Below, piece by piece: positions 1-9,934 of a stretch of 64,000 nucleotides of DNA. Source of the DNA: Terriglobia bacterium (GTDB lineage: Bacteria > Acidobacteriota > Terriglobia > Acidiferrales > UBA7541); NCBI GenBank assembly GCA_963695545.1, contig OY968796.1, forward strand, positions 960,001 to 1,024,000, written 5' to 3'. How positions within the stretch are numbered: the stretch's first letter is position 1; each line of letters starts with the position of its first letter. The position numbers and the translations under genes are program-made. Below the pieces are notes generated by a model. It was not told the origin of the DNA, searched no databases, and saw only the letters and a program-made list of their open reading frames with translations.

Positions 1-1379
1 CGAGCCCTCGGCCCGATTGGGTGGAGCAAGACGCGCGGGAAGTGTGGGACAGCGTTCGGCGAGTGATCGAAGAATCCCTCGCGCATTGCTCTCCCGCGAA
101 GCCTGCCGGAATTGGAATCTCCAATCAACGAGAGACAGTTTTGGCTTGGGACCGCGCCACTGGCAATCCATTGGCGCCCGCCATCGTGTGGCAATGCAGA
201 CGATCCGCGGCGCTGTGCGAGCAGTTGGCCAAGGATGGATGGGGCTCGCTCTTGCGCGAACGCACGGGCCTCGGGCTCGATCCTTTATTCTCCGCCGGCA
301 AGTTCGCTTGGCTTCTCGAAAATATTCCGGGCCTGCGGGCGCGCGCGGAGGCCGGCGAAATTTGCTTCGGTACCATGGACAGTTGGTTGATCTGGAATCT
401 GACGGGAGGCGCGCGCCACGCCTGCGATTTCAGCAACGCCTCTCGCACACAGCTGCTGAATATTTCGACCGGAGCGTGGGACCCCGAGTTGCTTTCGCTG
501 TTTGGCGTTCCGCCGGCCGCGCTGCCCCGCCTGGTGCCTTCGAGTTCATTGATCGGAGAAACCATCGCGATCGGCGCGTTACCCGCTGGGATTCCGATTG
601 CCAGCGCCTTGGGAGATTCTCATGCGGCGTTGGCCGGCCACGCATCTTTCAAATCGGGCACCGTGAAATCAACGTACGGCACTGGCTCGTCGTTGATGAC
701 GCTGGTGGACGCGGCGAATTATCGCACGGCCGATCTGGCCACGACGATCGCCTGGCGTGTGCAAGGCGCGACGCAATATGCCATCGAGGGAAATATTTCG
801 ATGAGCGGCGCCGCGGTGCAATGGCTGGGCGAGTTCCTCCGCATGCCCAACCCTATCGAAGATGCGGCGCGACTTGCGGAGAGCGTGGAAAGCAGCGACG
901 GCGTCTATTTTGTTCCGGCGATGATTGGCCTTGGCGCGCCGCATTGGGACAGCGCCGTGCGCGGCGCAGTCTTCGGGCTTGGCCGCACAAGCACCGTGGC
1001 GCATTTGGCTAAAGCCGCCGTGGAGGCCGTCGCCTTTCAGGTGCGCGACGTTTTCGATGCGATGGAGCGGGCAGCGGGCTCGTCGCTTCCGATGCTGCAT
1101 GCCGATGGCGGCGCGACTCACAATGATCAGCTGATGCAATTTCAGGCCGATGTGCTGGGCCGGCCGGTGATGCGTTCCATTTGCCCGGAGCTTTCTGCGC
1201 TGGGCGCCGCTTGGTTTGCGGGAATCGCATTGGGCACTTGGGGCTCGCTCGAGGCGCTGGAGAAACTCAAATTCGACGCACAGGTTTTCGAGCCGCGCAT
1301 TTCTGAAATTGAAAGAGAGCAGCGCTACGGCGGCTGGAAGCTTTCGGTGGAACGCGCGCGCCATCGATCGTCGAATTGA
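1..1379 (+). CDS. FGGY-family carbohydrate kinase (glycerol-kinase-like; probable apulose kinase), 5' end outside the window
   Basis: The frame is open from the window edge (PxPDWVEQD). It has GISNQRET, WQCRRS, DFSNASRT, KSTYGTGS and ADGGAT motifs. GDSHAAL replaces the glycerol-kinase GDQQAAL. The substrate is inferred from the neighbouring apiose-type transporter. Confidence 0.85.
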   Translation, partial: SPRPDWVEQDAREVWDSVRRVIEESLAHCSPAKPAGIGISNQRETVLAWDRATGNPLAPAIVWQCRRSAALCEQLAKDGWGSLLRERTGLGLDPLFSAGKFAWLLENIPGLRARAEAGEICFGTMDSWLIWNLTGGARHACDFSNASRTQLLNISTGAWDPELLSLFGVPPAALPRLVPSSSLIGETIAIGALPAGIPIASALGDSHAALAGHASFKSGTVKSTYGTGSSLMTLVDAANYRTADLATTIAWRVQGATQYAIEGNISMSGAAVQWLGEFLRMPNPIEDAARLAESVESSDGVYFVPAMIGLGAPHWDSAVRGAVFGLGRTSTVAHLAKAAVEAVAFQVRDVFDAMERAAGSSLPMLHADGGATHNDQLMQFQADVLGRPVMRSICPELSALGAAWFAGIALGTWGSLEALEKLKFDAQVFEPRISEIEREQRYGGWKLSVERARHRSSN

Positions 1380-1419
1380 ACGGAAACTGATAGAGCGTTT
1401 GGCGCGGCAGAGAAACAAC

Positions 1420-3000
1420 ATGCTCGGCACTGAAAACCAAAACGATCGCGCGGCCGCGGCTTCCGCAGACGCCGTGCTCGAAGCTCGAGATGTCGTTCAG
1501 CAGTATGGCGGGATCACCGCGCTCAAAGGCGTCACCTACCGTGTGCTGCGTGGTCAGGTAAATGTGCTGATCGGAGAAAACGGCGCGGGGAAATCGACGC
1601 TCATGCGCATTCTGGCGGGAGTCGAAAGACCAATCAACGGAACCGTTCTGCTGGATGGGCGCCCCGTCACTTTCCGGCGCAGCACGGACGCCGCACGACA
1701 AGGAATCGCCATGGTGCACCAGGAATTGAACGTGCTTCCCAATCTCGACATCGCGGAAAACATCTTTGCCGGCCGGGAGCTTTGCTCTGCGTACGGATTC
1801 ATCAAGGCCGCGAAGCAGCGCCAAGCGAGTGCGGCCGCATTGAAAACGCTTGGCCATCCGATGAGTACGCGCACGCTTGTGGGGCAGCTTTCGTTGGGCC
1901 GCCAGCAGATTACCGAACTCGCGCGATCGCTGGCGCACGAAGCGCGCGTGCTGATTCTGGACGAGCCGACGTCCGCGCTTAGCCGGACCGAAGCGGAGAC
2001 GCTGTTCGCGGTCATCGAGGACCTCAAGAGAAACGGCGTCTCCATCGTTTACATCTCTCACCGGCTAAATGAAATGTTGCGCTTGGGCGATTTTTTCACT
2101 GTTCTGCGCGATGGCCGCGTCGTGGGCAACGCGCCGCGCGCGGAGGTGGATCGGCGCTGGATCGTCGAATGTGTAACGGGGCGTGCCGCGCATAATATCG
2201 CGGCGTCGGGAACGGTTGCGGCCGGACGCGAGAGCTTGCGCGCCGAGTCCCTCAACGTCGTGGGCAGCACCCGAGACAGTGCCACGCGCCCCTTGCTTGA
2301 GGACATTTCATTCTCGGTGTCTGCCGGAGAAATTCTGGGCATTTACGGCTTGCTCGGGGCGGGCCGCACGGAACTTCTTGAAGCGCTTGCAGGCGTAAGG
2401 CCCGTCACGCGAGGAAGCATATGGGTTGGCGGCGATAAGCTGGCGCCCGGATCGGTCACGCGAGCCGTCGCTCGTGGCATCGTCTTGATGCCTGAGGATC
2501 GCCAGTCCGACGGCCTGATTCCATCGTCGTCGATCCGGGAGAATATCAGCCTGGCGGACTTCAATGGGCTAACGGTGGGCCCATTTCTTTCTCGGAAAAA
2601 AGAGTCGGCTAAAGTACGCCTGATCGCCGAGCAAGTGAAACTGAAGGTGGGCGATTGTGAACTTCCCGTAACCTCGCTGAGCGGTGGGAATCAGCAAAAG
2701 GTTATGCTCGCACGGTGTCTGATGCGCTCGCCTTCGATTCTGCTTCTGGATGAACCGACGCGCGGCGTGGACGTGGGCGCCAAAGAGGAAATCCATCGTA
2801 TCCTGCGCGAGCTGAAATCGACCGGCGTTTCGATCATTTTCACCTCCTCGGAAATCGAAGAAACCCGTTCGCTGGCCGACCGCATTCTCGTCCTCTCAGG
2901 CGGCCGGATATCGGCAGAGCTCTCGTTGGGCGATGCCTCTGAGGAAATATTGTTCGCCGCAGCATGCGCTCATCTCGAAGCGCAGGGCGCTGTTCAATGA
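1420..3000 (+). CDS. Monosaccharide ABC transporter ATP-binding protein (RbsA/MglA type, tandem NBDs)
   Basis: GENGAGKST Walker A, ILDEPT, second-half LSGGNQQK and LLDEPTRGVDVGAK. ATG 1420 chosen over the longer ORF start at 1216. Confidence 0.95.
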   Translation: MLGTENQNDRAAAASADAVLEARDVVQQYGGITALKGVTYRVLRGQVNVLIGENGAGKSTLMRILAGVERPINGTVLLDGRPVTFRRSTDAARQGIAMVHQELNVLPNLDIAENIFAGRELCSAYGFIKAAKQRQASAAALKTLGHPMSTRTLVGQLSLGRQQITELARSLAHEARVLILDEPTSALSRTEAETLFAVIEDLKRNGVSIVYISHRLNEMLRLGDFFTVLRDGRVVGNAPRAEVDRRWIVECVTGRAAHNIAASGTVAAGRESLRAESLNVVGSTRDSATRPLLEDISFSVSAGEILGIYGLLGAGRTELLEALAGVRPVTRGSIWVGGDKLAPGSVTRAVARGIVLMPEDRQSDGLIPSSSIRENISLADFNGLTVGPFLSRKKESAKVRLIAEQVKLKVGDCELPVTSLSGGNQQKVMLARCLMRSPSILLLDEPTRGVDVGAKEEIHRILRELKSTGVSIIFTSSEIEETRSLADRILVLSGGRISAELSLGDASEEILFAAACAHLEAQGAVQ

Positions 3001-4073
3001 TCACCGGACGCGATCCGGCGGTTGCGGAAAAACTGCAGAGCCATCGTGCGGGCGCCGGCCTCGCAGCCAGAACCTTGGCCGTGATCCTTGAATTGCGCGC
3101 GGTCGTGGCGCTGGTCTTGCTTCTCTTGCTGTTTTCGATCAGCACCTCCACTTTCCTGACAGCAAACAATCTGACGATTCTCGCCAAGCACGTGGCCATC
3201 ACCGCGATCCTGGCCATCGGCATGACCTTCGTCGTGATCACCGGCGGGATTGATTTGTCCGTAGGATCCGTCGCCGGGCTTGCCGGTATGGTCGCGGGCG
3301 CTTTGCTCACTCGCGGCCTGCTATTTTCCGGAACGCACGGGGCGGTGTATCCCGGAGTCGCCACAGTAATCGTTCTTTCTTTGCTTGTCGGAGCGCTCGT
3401 CGGTCTGCTGAACGGACTCCTGGTCGTTCGATTTGGCGTCGCTCCGTTCATCGCCACGCTCGGCACGCTGTACATCGCCCGCGGCGCCGCACTGCTGATC
3501 TCAAACGGCGCAACGTTTCCAAATCTCGGTGGAGATCCGGCCAGGCACAACACCGGATTCCTGGTGCTCGGCCAGGCGGCGTTCCTGAATATCCCGCTGC
3601 CGGTGTGGATCATGATTGCTCTCGCGATCGTGGCCAGCGTTGTGGCGGACAAAACTCCGTTCGGCCGGCACGTCTACGCCGTTGGAGGGAATGAGCGCGC
3701 CGCGCTGCTGTCGGGGATTCGCGTGGGCCGCGTCAAGATCGTGTCGTATGTAATTTCCACCGTCTGCGCCGCCATGGTCGGATTGATCATCGCGTCGCAA
3801 TTGGAGGCGGCGCATCCGGCGACGGGAGAATCCTTTGAGTTGAACGCTATCGCGGCGGTCGTGCTGGGCGGAACGTCGCTGATGGGAGGTCGCGGCTCGG
3901 TATTCGGATCTCTGGCCGGTGCGTTCGTGATCGGCGTGTTGGCCGATGGCATGGTGATGCTCGGAATTTCGGAATTCTGGCAGATGGTCATCAAGGGAGT
4001 CGTCATCGTTCTTGCCGTGGCAGTGGATCAATTGCAAACGAAATTGCAATTGCGTCTGGCGAGGAGCCACTGA
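2997..4073 (+). CDS. Monosaccharide ABC transporter permease (RbsC type)
   Basis: GGIDLSVGS, PFIATLG, YAVGGNERAA and AAVVLGGTSL motifs; multiple TM helices; ATGA overlap with the upstream stop. Confidence 0.95.
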   Translation: MITGRDPAVAEKLQSHRAGAGLAARTLAVILELRAVVALVLLLLLFSISTSTFLTANNLTILAKHVAITAILAIGMTFVVITGGIDLSVGSVAGLAGMVAGALLTRGLLFSGTHGAVYPGVATVIVLSLLVGALVGLLNGLLVVRFGVAPFIATLGTLYIARGAALLISNGATFPNLGGDPARHNTGFLVLGQAAFLNIPLPVWIMIALAIVASVVADKTPFGRHVYAVGGNERAALLSGIRVGRVKIVSYVISTVCAAMVGLIIASQLEAAHPATGESFELNAIAAVVLGGTSLMGGRGSVFGSLAGAFVIGVLADGMVMLGISEFWQMVIKGVVIVLAVAVDQLQTKLQLRLARSH

Positions 4074-4079
4074 TCCGCA

Positions 4080-5030
4080 ATGAATCTTCGCGGCACACGT
4101 CTCATCGCGTTATGCGTCCTTTCACTGCCGCTTGCAGGATGCCGCGCGAATCGTGCGGGCCAGAAAAAACTTATCGAGATCATCGTTCCCTCGCAGGACA
4201 ATCCATTCTTTCGCGCCGAGGCCGATGCCGCGTCGAAGCGAGCGACGGAGCTCGGCTATGCCGTTCGCGTGGATTCTCATGACGACGACGCCTACGAGCA
4301 GGACAACTTGATCGACGTAGCGATTGCCAGCAACGCCGCGGCGATTATTCTGGATAACGCGGGCGCGGACGCCTCCGTCTCCGCGGTTCGCCGAGCGACG
4401 CGCGCGGGCATTGCCTGCTTTCTGATCGATCGAGAAATCAACGCGACGGGCATCGCCAAGGCCCAAGTCATCGCGGACAACGATCAAGGAGCCCGTCTAG
4501 TCGCAGCGGAATTTGCGCGCTCTTTGAATGCCCAAGGTGACTACGCCGAGCTGTTAGGCAAGGAATCTGACACGAATGCCCAAGTGCGCACCAACGGCTT
4601 CCATGCAATTCTCGACCAAGACAAGGGACTGAAGTTGGTTTCGGCGCAAAGTGCGAATTGGAGTCAGTCCGAAGCGTTCCAGAAGACCGAAACGATCCTG
4701 GAAGCGCACGCCACAATTCGTGGAATCATCGCAGGCAATGACACGATGGCGCTCGGCGCCGTTGCCGCCGTCAAGAGCGCCGGCCTGCACAACATCACCA
4801 TCGTCGGATTTGACGGCAGCCCCGATGCGCTGGCTGCGATCAAGGCTGGCGATCTTGAGGCCACAGTACTCCAACCGGCGGTAGCCATTGCCCGTCTGGC
4901 TGTGGAGGAAGCGGACCAGTTCTTGAAGACCGGGACGACCGGGCGACCTGAGAAGCAAATCATTCCGTGCGAGTTGGTCACGCGACAAAACGTGGACGAT
5001 TTCGGAGTGTTTGAAAAGAAAAGCAAATGA
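4080..5030 (+). CDS. Sugar ABC transporter substrate-binding lipoprotein, D-apiose-binding type
   Basis: LAGC lipobox and RbsB fold. PSQDNPFF, SHDDD, ILDNAGADAS, FLIDREIN, GKESDTNA, QSANWSQ and GNDTMA match my recollection of characterised apiose-binding SBPs. Confidence 0.85.
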   Translation: MNLRGTRLIALCVLSLPLAGCRANRAGQKKLIEIIVPSQDNPFFRAEADAASKRATELGYAVRVDSHDDDAYEQDNLIDVAIASNAAAIILDNAGADASVSAVRRATRAGIACFLIDREINATGIAKAQVIADNDQGARLVAAEFARSLNAQGDYAELLGKESDTNAQVRTNGFHAILDQDKGLKLVSAQSANWSQSEAFQKTETILEAHATIRGIIAGNDTMALGAVAAVKSAGLHNITIVGFDGSPDALAAIKAGDLEATVLQPAVAIARLAVEEADQFLKTGTTGRPEKQIIPCELVTRQNVDDFGVFEKKSK

Positions 5031-5048
5031 ACGATTGAGGTGGTTGCC

Positions 5049-6458
5049 ATGTCCAGGACGACGTTGGCCGTAATTCTTGGGAATCGAGATTTTTTCCCCG
5101 ACCTATTGGTCTCCGAAGCTCGGGCAGACCTTCTGAAGCTGTTCGGTGAGCTTGAGATTGACGCTGTGATGCTGTCCACCGAGGACACCAAACTGGGCGC
5201 CGTTGAAACCTGGCAACACGCGGTGAAATGTGGCGAACTGTTTCGGCAAAACCGAAGCCGGATCGAAGGCATTCTGGTTTGCCTGCCTAATTTCGGAGAC
5301 GAAAAGGGCGTCGCGGACTCGATCCGCCTTTCCGAGCTGAATGTGCCGATCCTGGTGCAGGCGTGCCCGGACGACATCGATCAATTTGGTTTGGAACGCC
5401 GCCGCGACGCTTTCTGCGGCAAGATTTCCGTCTGCAACAATCTTCGCCAGTACGGCTTCCCTTTTTCGCTTACGCAAGAGCATACGGTCCCTATTCTTTC
5501 CGAGGGCTTTCGCAAGGACCTGACGGAGTTCGTCAAAGTATGCAAAGTGGTTCGTGGACTGCGCCGGGCGCGCATCGGCGCGGTGGGCGCTCGGCCGAAT
5601 GCCTTCAACACCACGCGTTATAGTGAAAAATTGCTGGAAGCCGCAGGAATCAGCGTCAACACCATCGATCTCTCCGAAGTGTTTGGAAGCGCCGCGCAAC
5701 TTGCCGACGGCGATCCTCGCGTTCGGCAACGCATCGACCAAATCAAAAGCTACGCGGATGCGAGCAAAGCGCCCGAAGATTCGCTGCTGAAAATGGCAAA
5801 GTTCGCAATCGTTCTGGATGCGTGGATGGAGAATCTAGGACTTCAGGCCACGGCCATCCAGTGCTGGAGTTCGATGCAAAAGAATTACGGCGTGAACGTC
5901 TGCACGATCATGAGCATGATGAGCGAGCAGATGATGCCCAGTGCGTGCGAAGTGGACATTGCCGGCGTGATTTCCATGTACGCGCTGCAGTTGTCCTCGG
6001 GAAAACCGAGCGCGCTCGTCGACTGGAACAATAATTACGGCAAGGATCCCGACAAATGCGTTTTCTTCCATTGCGGCAACTGGGCGAAAGATTTTCTGCC
6101 GGATATCCGCATCGGCACAGCGCCGATTCTGGGCACGGTGCTGGGCGAAGCCAATACCGTGGGCGCACTTGCCGGCCGCACTCCCGCCGGACCTGTGACG
6201 TTTGCCCGAGTCAGCACCGACGACCTGACGGGCACCATGCGCGCGTATGCCGGGGAAGGTTGGTTCACCGACGATCCGCTGGACACGTTCGGAACAAAGG
6301 CCGTCGTCAGAGTTCCGGCCCTGCAGCAACTCATGCGCCACATCTGCAAAAGCGGCTTCGGGCACCATGCCGCGATGACCGGCGCACATTGCGCCTCCGC
6401 GATGTGTGAAGCGCTGGAAAATTATCTCGGGTGGCAGGTCTACCAGCACACATCGTGA
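5049..6458 (+). CDS. L-fucose/L-arabinose isomerase family protein
   Basis: [33 protein letters not shown] and a C-terminal HH motif; GAGGTGG RBS before ATG 5049. Confidence 0.85.
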   Translation: MSRTTLAVILGNRDFFPDLLVSEARADLLKLFGELEIDAVMLSTEDTKLGAVETWQHAVKCGELFRQNRSRIEGILVCLPNFGDEKGVADSIRLSELNVPILVQACPDDIDQFGLERRRDAFCGKISVCNNLRQYGFPFSLTQEHTVPILSEGFRKDLTEFVKVCKVVRGLRRARIGAVGARPNAFNTTRYSEKLLEAAGISVNTIDLSEVFGSAAQLADGDPRVRQRIDQIKSYADASKAPEDSLLKMAKFAIVLDAWMENLGLQATAIQCWSSMQKNYGVNVCTIMSMMSEQMMPSACEVDIAGVISMYALQLSSGKPSALVDWNNNYGKDPDKCVFFHCGNWAKDFLPDIRIGTAPILGTVLGEANTVGALAGRTPAGPVTFARVSTDDLTGTMRAYAGEGWFTDDPLDTFGTKAVVRVPALQQLMRHICKSGFGHHAAMTGAHCASAMCEALENYLGWQVYQHTS

Positions 6459-8641
6459 GCAATCGTCAGGGAAACAGCGAGCGGATTTTCGCCTTCCGGG
6501 ACGCGGCACGCGTCCACACCTCGATCCTCTTGATCGTGAGTTTTGCCGTCGGCGTCTTCTGGTGTTGCGCCGGCGCGCGCGCTGCAGCCGTGCCCGCGCC
6601 GCGAGCCGCAGTCGGACGCGCTAGAGCAAGCTCGTCGGCAGGCATGATGCCTTATCCACCGGGCGTGCCTCCGATCCTCTTGGGAGTTTCGTGGTACCCC
6701 GAGCAGTGGCCTGAATCACGATGGGAGGAAGATCTGCGTTTGATGGAAGCCGCGCATATTCATTTAGTGCGCGTCGGTGAGTTTGCCTGGAGCACAATCG
6801 AGCCGGAGGAGGGCAGGTACGATCTCGATTGGCTCGATCGCGCCATCGCGCTGGCCGCGAAGCACCACATCGCAATCGTGATCGGCACTCCGACCGATGC
6901 TCCGCCGGCTTGGATGACCAAGAAATATCCCGACATTCTCCGGGTCGATATCGATGGGCGCCCCGACCAACACGGCATGCGCCGCCAATTTTCATACACC
7001 AGCCCGCGATACAGAGCGTTCTGCCGAATCGTCGCGGAGAAATTGGCGCTCCGCTTCGGCCACAATCCGAGCGTCGTCGGCTGGCAAATCGGAAACGAGT
7101 TTTCTTTCGACTCTTACGATCTTTATACCAAGCAGCAGTTTCAGCAGTGGCTTGCCGCAAAATACAAAACTCTCGATGCGCTCAACAAACACTGGACCAC
7201 GGCGTATTGGAGCCAAACCTATGACGCGTGGGATGAGATCCCGCTCGAGGACACCAGCGGCAATCCCGCATTGCTGCTGGATCACAAGCGTTTCGTGAGC
7301 GACGTTTGGCGCGATTTCGCACAGAACCAGATCGATGCCATTCGCCCGCACACCGATTCTCGGCAATTCATCACTACTAACATCGGAGGACTCGGCTGGT
7401 CGGATCGCTGGGATCATTATGTCGTAACCAAGAATCTCGATCTCGCCGCCTGGGATGATTACGTCGGTCAAGGACATCTCGATCCTTATAAAGACGGCGC
7501 GATGCACGATCTGATCCGCGGTCTCAAGCAAAAGAATTTCTGGGTCATGGAAACGCAGCCCGGCTTCGTGAACTGGGCGCCCATCAGCAATTCCCTGGAT
7601 AAGGGCGAAGTCCGCCTGATGGCCTGGGAAGCGATAGGCCACGGCGGCGATGCCGTCGCCTACTGGCAATGGCGCAGCGCGCTCAATGGACAAGAGCAAT
7701 ATCACGGCGTTCTGGTCGGCCCCGATGGCACGCCTGTTCCCGTCTACGAAGAAATCGCGCAGATTGGGCGCGAGTTTGAATCCACTGCGCCGGCTCTCGC
7801 CGGCACGTCGCCCGTTTCCGAAGTGGCCATTCTGCACTCATACGACAGCCGCTGGGCCATCGATTTTCAATTGCACAATCAGAATTACGATCAGCAGCAA
7901 GTCTTGCTGGATTACTACCGCCCTCTGCTCGACCTCACGCACTCGATCGACATCGTCAATCCGAATGTGCCGCTCGATGGATACAAGCTCGTCGTCGCGC
8001 CCGATCTCAATGTGATCCCGGACGATCTCGGCCGACACTTGCTTTCCTACGTCGAAAATGGCGGACACTTGGTGCTCGGTCCGCGCTCCGGGATGAAAGA
8101 CGCCTTTAACGCGCTCGATGTCCGCCGCCAGCCCGGCCCGTTGGCTGATTCTCTCGGCGGCCGCGTCGAGCAGTATTACGCGATCGAGAAGCCCGTTCCC
8201 GTTTCCGGCCAATGGGGTAGCGGCAGCGCCAGCATTTGGGCCGAAGCGCTCAACGCCCAGGCAGCCGACGCCGAGATCCCGATGCGCTATGGCGCCGGCA
8301 ACGGCTGGCTCGATCATCAGCCCGCCGCGATCACGCGAAAAGTTGGCAAAGGCACAATCACCTATATCGGCGCATTGCTTGATCCCGCTCTGATGGAGGC
8401 CGCGGCGAAGTGGATGGTGGAGTCCAGCGGAGTGCAACAGATCTTCGGCCCGATCCCCGCGGGAGTTGAAGTCTGCCGGCGCATCGGGAACGCGCGCACG
8501 ATTTTCATTCTGCTGAATCACAACCCAGCGCCTGCGGAAGTCGCTTTGCCGCGAAGCATGCGCGATTTGCTCCATTCGGATGCCAACGTAAGCGCAGTCA
8601 CGCTTCCCGAATACGGCGTCGCGGTGCTCGAAGAGCAGTGA
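6455..8641 (+). CDS. GH42 beta-galactosidase with N-terminal signal peptide
   Basis: [20 protein letters not shown] (acid/base), FWVMETQPG (nucleophile) and GQEQYH. GTGA overlap with the upstream stop; exact start uncertain. Confidence 0.9.
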   Translation: MSNRQGNSERIFAFRDAARVHTSILLIVSFAVGVFWCCAGARAAAVPAPRAAVGRARASSSAGMMPYPPGVPPILLGVSWYPEQWPESRWEEDLRLMEAAHIHLVRVGEFAWSTIEPEEGRYDLDWLDRAIALAAKHHIAIVIGTPTDAPPAWMTKKYPDILRVDIDGRPDQHGMRRQFSYTSPRYRAFCRIVAEKLALRFGHNPSVVGWQIGNEFSFDSYDLYTKQQFQQWLAAKYKTLDALNKHWTTAYWSQTYDAWDEIPLEDTSGNPALLLDHKRFVSDVWRDFAQNQIDAIRPHTDSRQFITTNIGGLGWSDRWDHYVVTKNLDLAAWDDYVGQGHLDPYKDGAMHDLIRGLKQKNFWVMETQPGFVNWAPISNSLDKGEVRLMAWEAIGHGGDAVAYWQWRSALNGQEQYHGVLVGPDGTPVPVYEEIAQIGREFESTAPALAGTSPVSEVAILHSYDSRWAIDFQLHNQNYDQQQVLLDYYRPLLDLTHSIDIVNPNVPLDGYKLVVAPDLNVIPDDLGRHLLSYVENGGHLVLGPRSGMKDAFNALDVRRQPGPLADSLGGRVEQYYAIEKPVPVSGQWGSGSASIWAEALNAQAADAEIPMRYGAGNGWLDHQPAAITRKVGKGTITYIGALLDPALMEAAAKWMVESSGVQQIFGPIPAGVEVCRRIGNARTIFILLNHNPAPAEVALPRSMRDLLHSDANVSAVTLPEYGVAVLEEQ

Positions 8642-8687
8642 TCGAGGAAATGATCGGAATGAAATCGAAATCGAGGGAACAGCCAAT

Positions 8688-9785
8688 ATGATCACGCGAC
8701 GCAATTTCGTCACCGGCTTCGGCATCGCCGCGATCGCCCACGCCGCGCAAAAGGCCTGGCCATCGCCCGCGCCACAAGCTCCGGACCGAACCATGCCCAC
8801 GCCGCCTTCTCTCGAAACCCCCTACAAATACGGCAAGCTCATCCTCTCCGCCGCCGCCGATCCCACGGCCTTTGACGCCAAGAGCGTCGATTGCCCCTTC
8901 GTCTTCCGCCACGGCGGAAAATTCTACATGGCCTACATCGGTTACGACGGAACTGGCTACCAAACTGGCCTCGCCTCGTCGGCGGATCTCGTCACTTGGG
9001 AACGCCAGGGATGCATCCTCCGCCGCGATCCCCAATCCGAAGTCACGCGTTACAACATCGCCATGAATTGGATCCTCCGTGAAAACGACGTGCGCTCCGC
9101 CGCCAATCTCAAGAAAATTCACGGCCGTTTCCTCGGCGCCTATCACGCCCATCCGAATGCCGGATATGAAAACGGCCCCGCGGTCATCGGTCTCTGCTGG
9201 AGCACGGACCTGTTCCACTGGCAACTCGATCCGCCCTTCCTGCGCTCCGAGGACGGCGCCGATTGGGAGAGAGGTGGGCTCTACAAGCCCTGCATCGTCG
9301 AGTACGGCGGCACTTTCTATTTGTTCTACAACGCCAAGACCGAGCCGTTGCCGCCCGAGCAAGGCGGCGGCTGGCACGAGCAAACCGGAATCGCAACCTC
9401 GAACGACCTCAAGACCTGGACGCGCTACGCCGGCAATCCGATTCTGCGCAATGGCCCCAAAGGCTCCTGGGACGATCGATTCGCGAGCGATCCGTGCGTC
9501 GTGCGCTACGCCGATGGCTGGGCGATTTTTTATTACGGTTTGAGCTCAACCAAAGGCAAGGCGCGAGACCTGTTGGCCGTCGCCCGCGATCCCTTCCATC
9601 CCGTCAAAACCGATAGCATTCTGGTCGACGCCGGTCTCCCTGGATCCGTTGACGACGATTTCGCTCACAAACCGTCCGTCGTCACCTACCAGGGTGATCT
9701 CTACCACTTTTACTGCGCGGTCTCCGGAAAGTATCCGAACGATGTCCGCGGAATCTCCGTCGCTCGTTCAAAGCCTTGGAGCTAA
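8688..9785 (+). CDS. Tat-exported five-bladed beta-propeller glycoside hydrolase (GH137-like beta-L-arabinofuranosidase)
   Basis: TRRNFV twin-arginine signal and repeated blade motifs (DCPFVF, YKPCIV, SDPCVV, HKPSVV). TPYKYG...DCPxVFR...GYxTxLAxSxDL recalls GH137; the family call is from memory. Confidence 0.65.
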   Translation: MITRRNFVTGFGIAAIAHAAQKAWPSPAPQAPDRTMPTPPSLETPYKYGKLILSAAADPTAFDAKSVDCPFVFRHGGKFYMAYIGYDGTGYQTGLASSADLVTWERQGCILRRDPQSEVTRYNIAMNWILRENDVRSAANLKKIHGRFLGAYHAHPNAGYENGPAVIGLCWSTDLFHWQLDPPFLRSEDGADWERGGLYKPCIVEYGGTFYLFYNAKTEPLPPEQGGGWHEQTGIATSNDLKTWTRYAGNPILRNGPKGSWDDRFASDPCVVRYADGWAIFYYGLSSTKGKARDLLAVARDPFHPVKTDSILVDAGLPGSVDDDFAHKPSVVTYQGDLYHFYCAVSGKYPNDVRGISVARSKPWS

Positions 9786-9842
9786 CGCCGCTCAGCTCTC
9801 AGCTCGGAATCTCGAAGCCCTAGCCGCCTCCACACACAAGCC

Positions 9843-9892
9843 AAAAAAACTAAAGAGCCCGGACCGCCGCTGCGCGGCGGCGACCCAGGCTC
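9843..9892 (-). terminator. Probable rho-independent terminator of the TonB receptor gene
   Basis: GC-rich stem (GAGCC..CCGCCGC-TGC-GCGGCGG..GGCTC) followed on the minus strand by TTTAGTTTTTTT. Confidence 0.65.
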
Positions 9893-9910
9893 CGGGGTGA
9901 AAAATCGTTG

Positions 9911-9932
9911 CGCTTCGTACGCGTACGAAGCG
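9911..9932. repeat. Perfect 22-bp palindrome CGCTTCGTACGCGTACGAAGCG
   Basis: Self-complementary sequence immediately after the TonB receptor stop codon. Confidence 0.9.
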
Positions 9933-9934
9933 GG

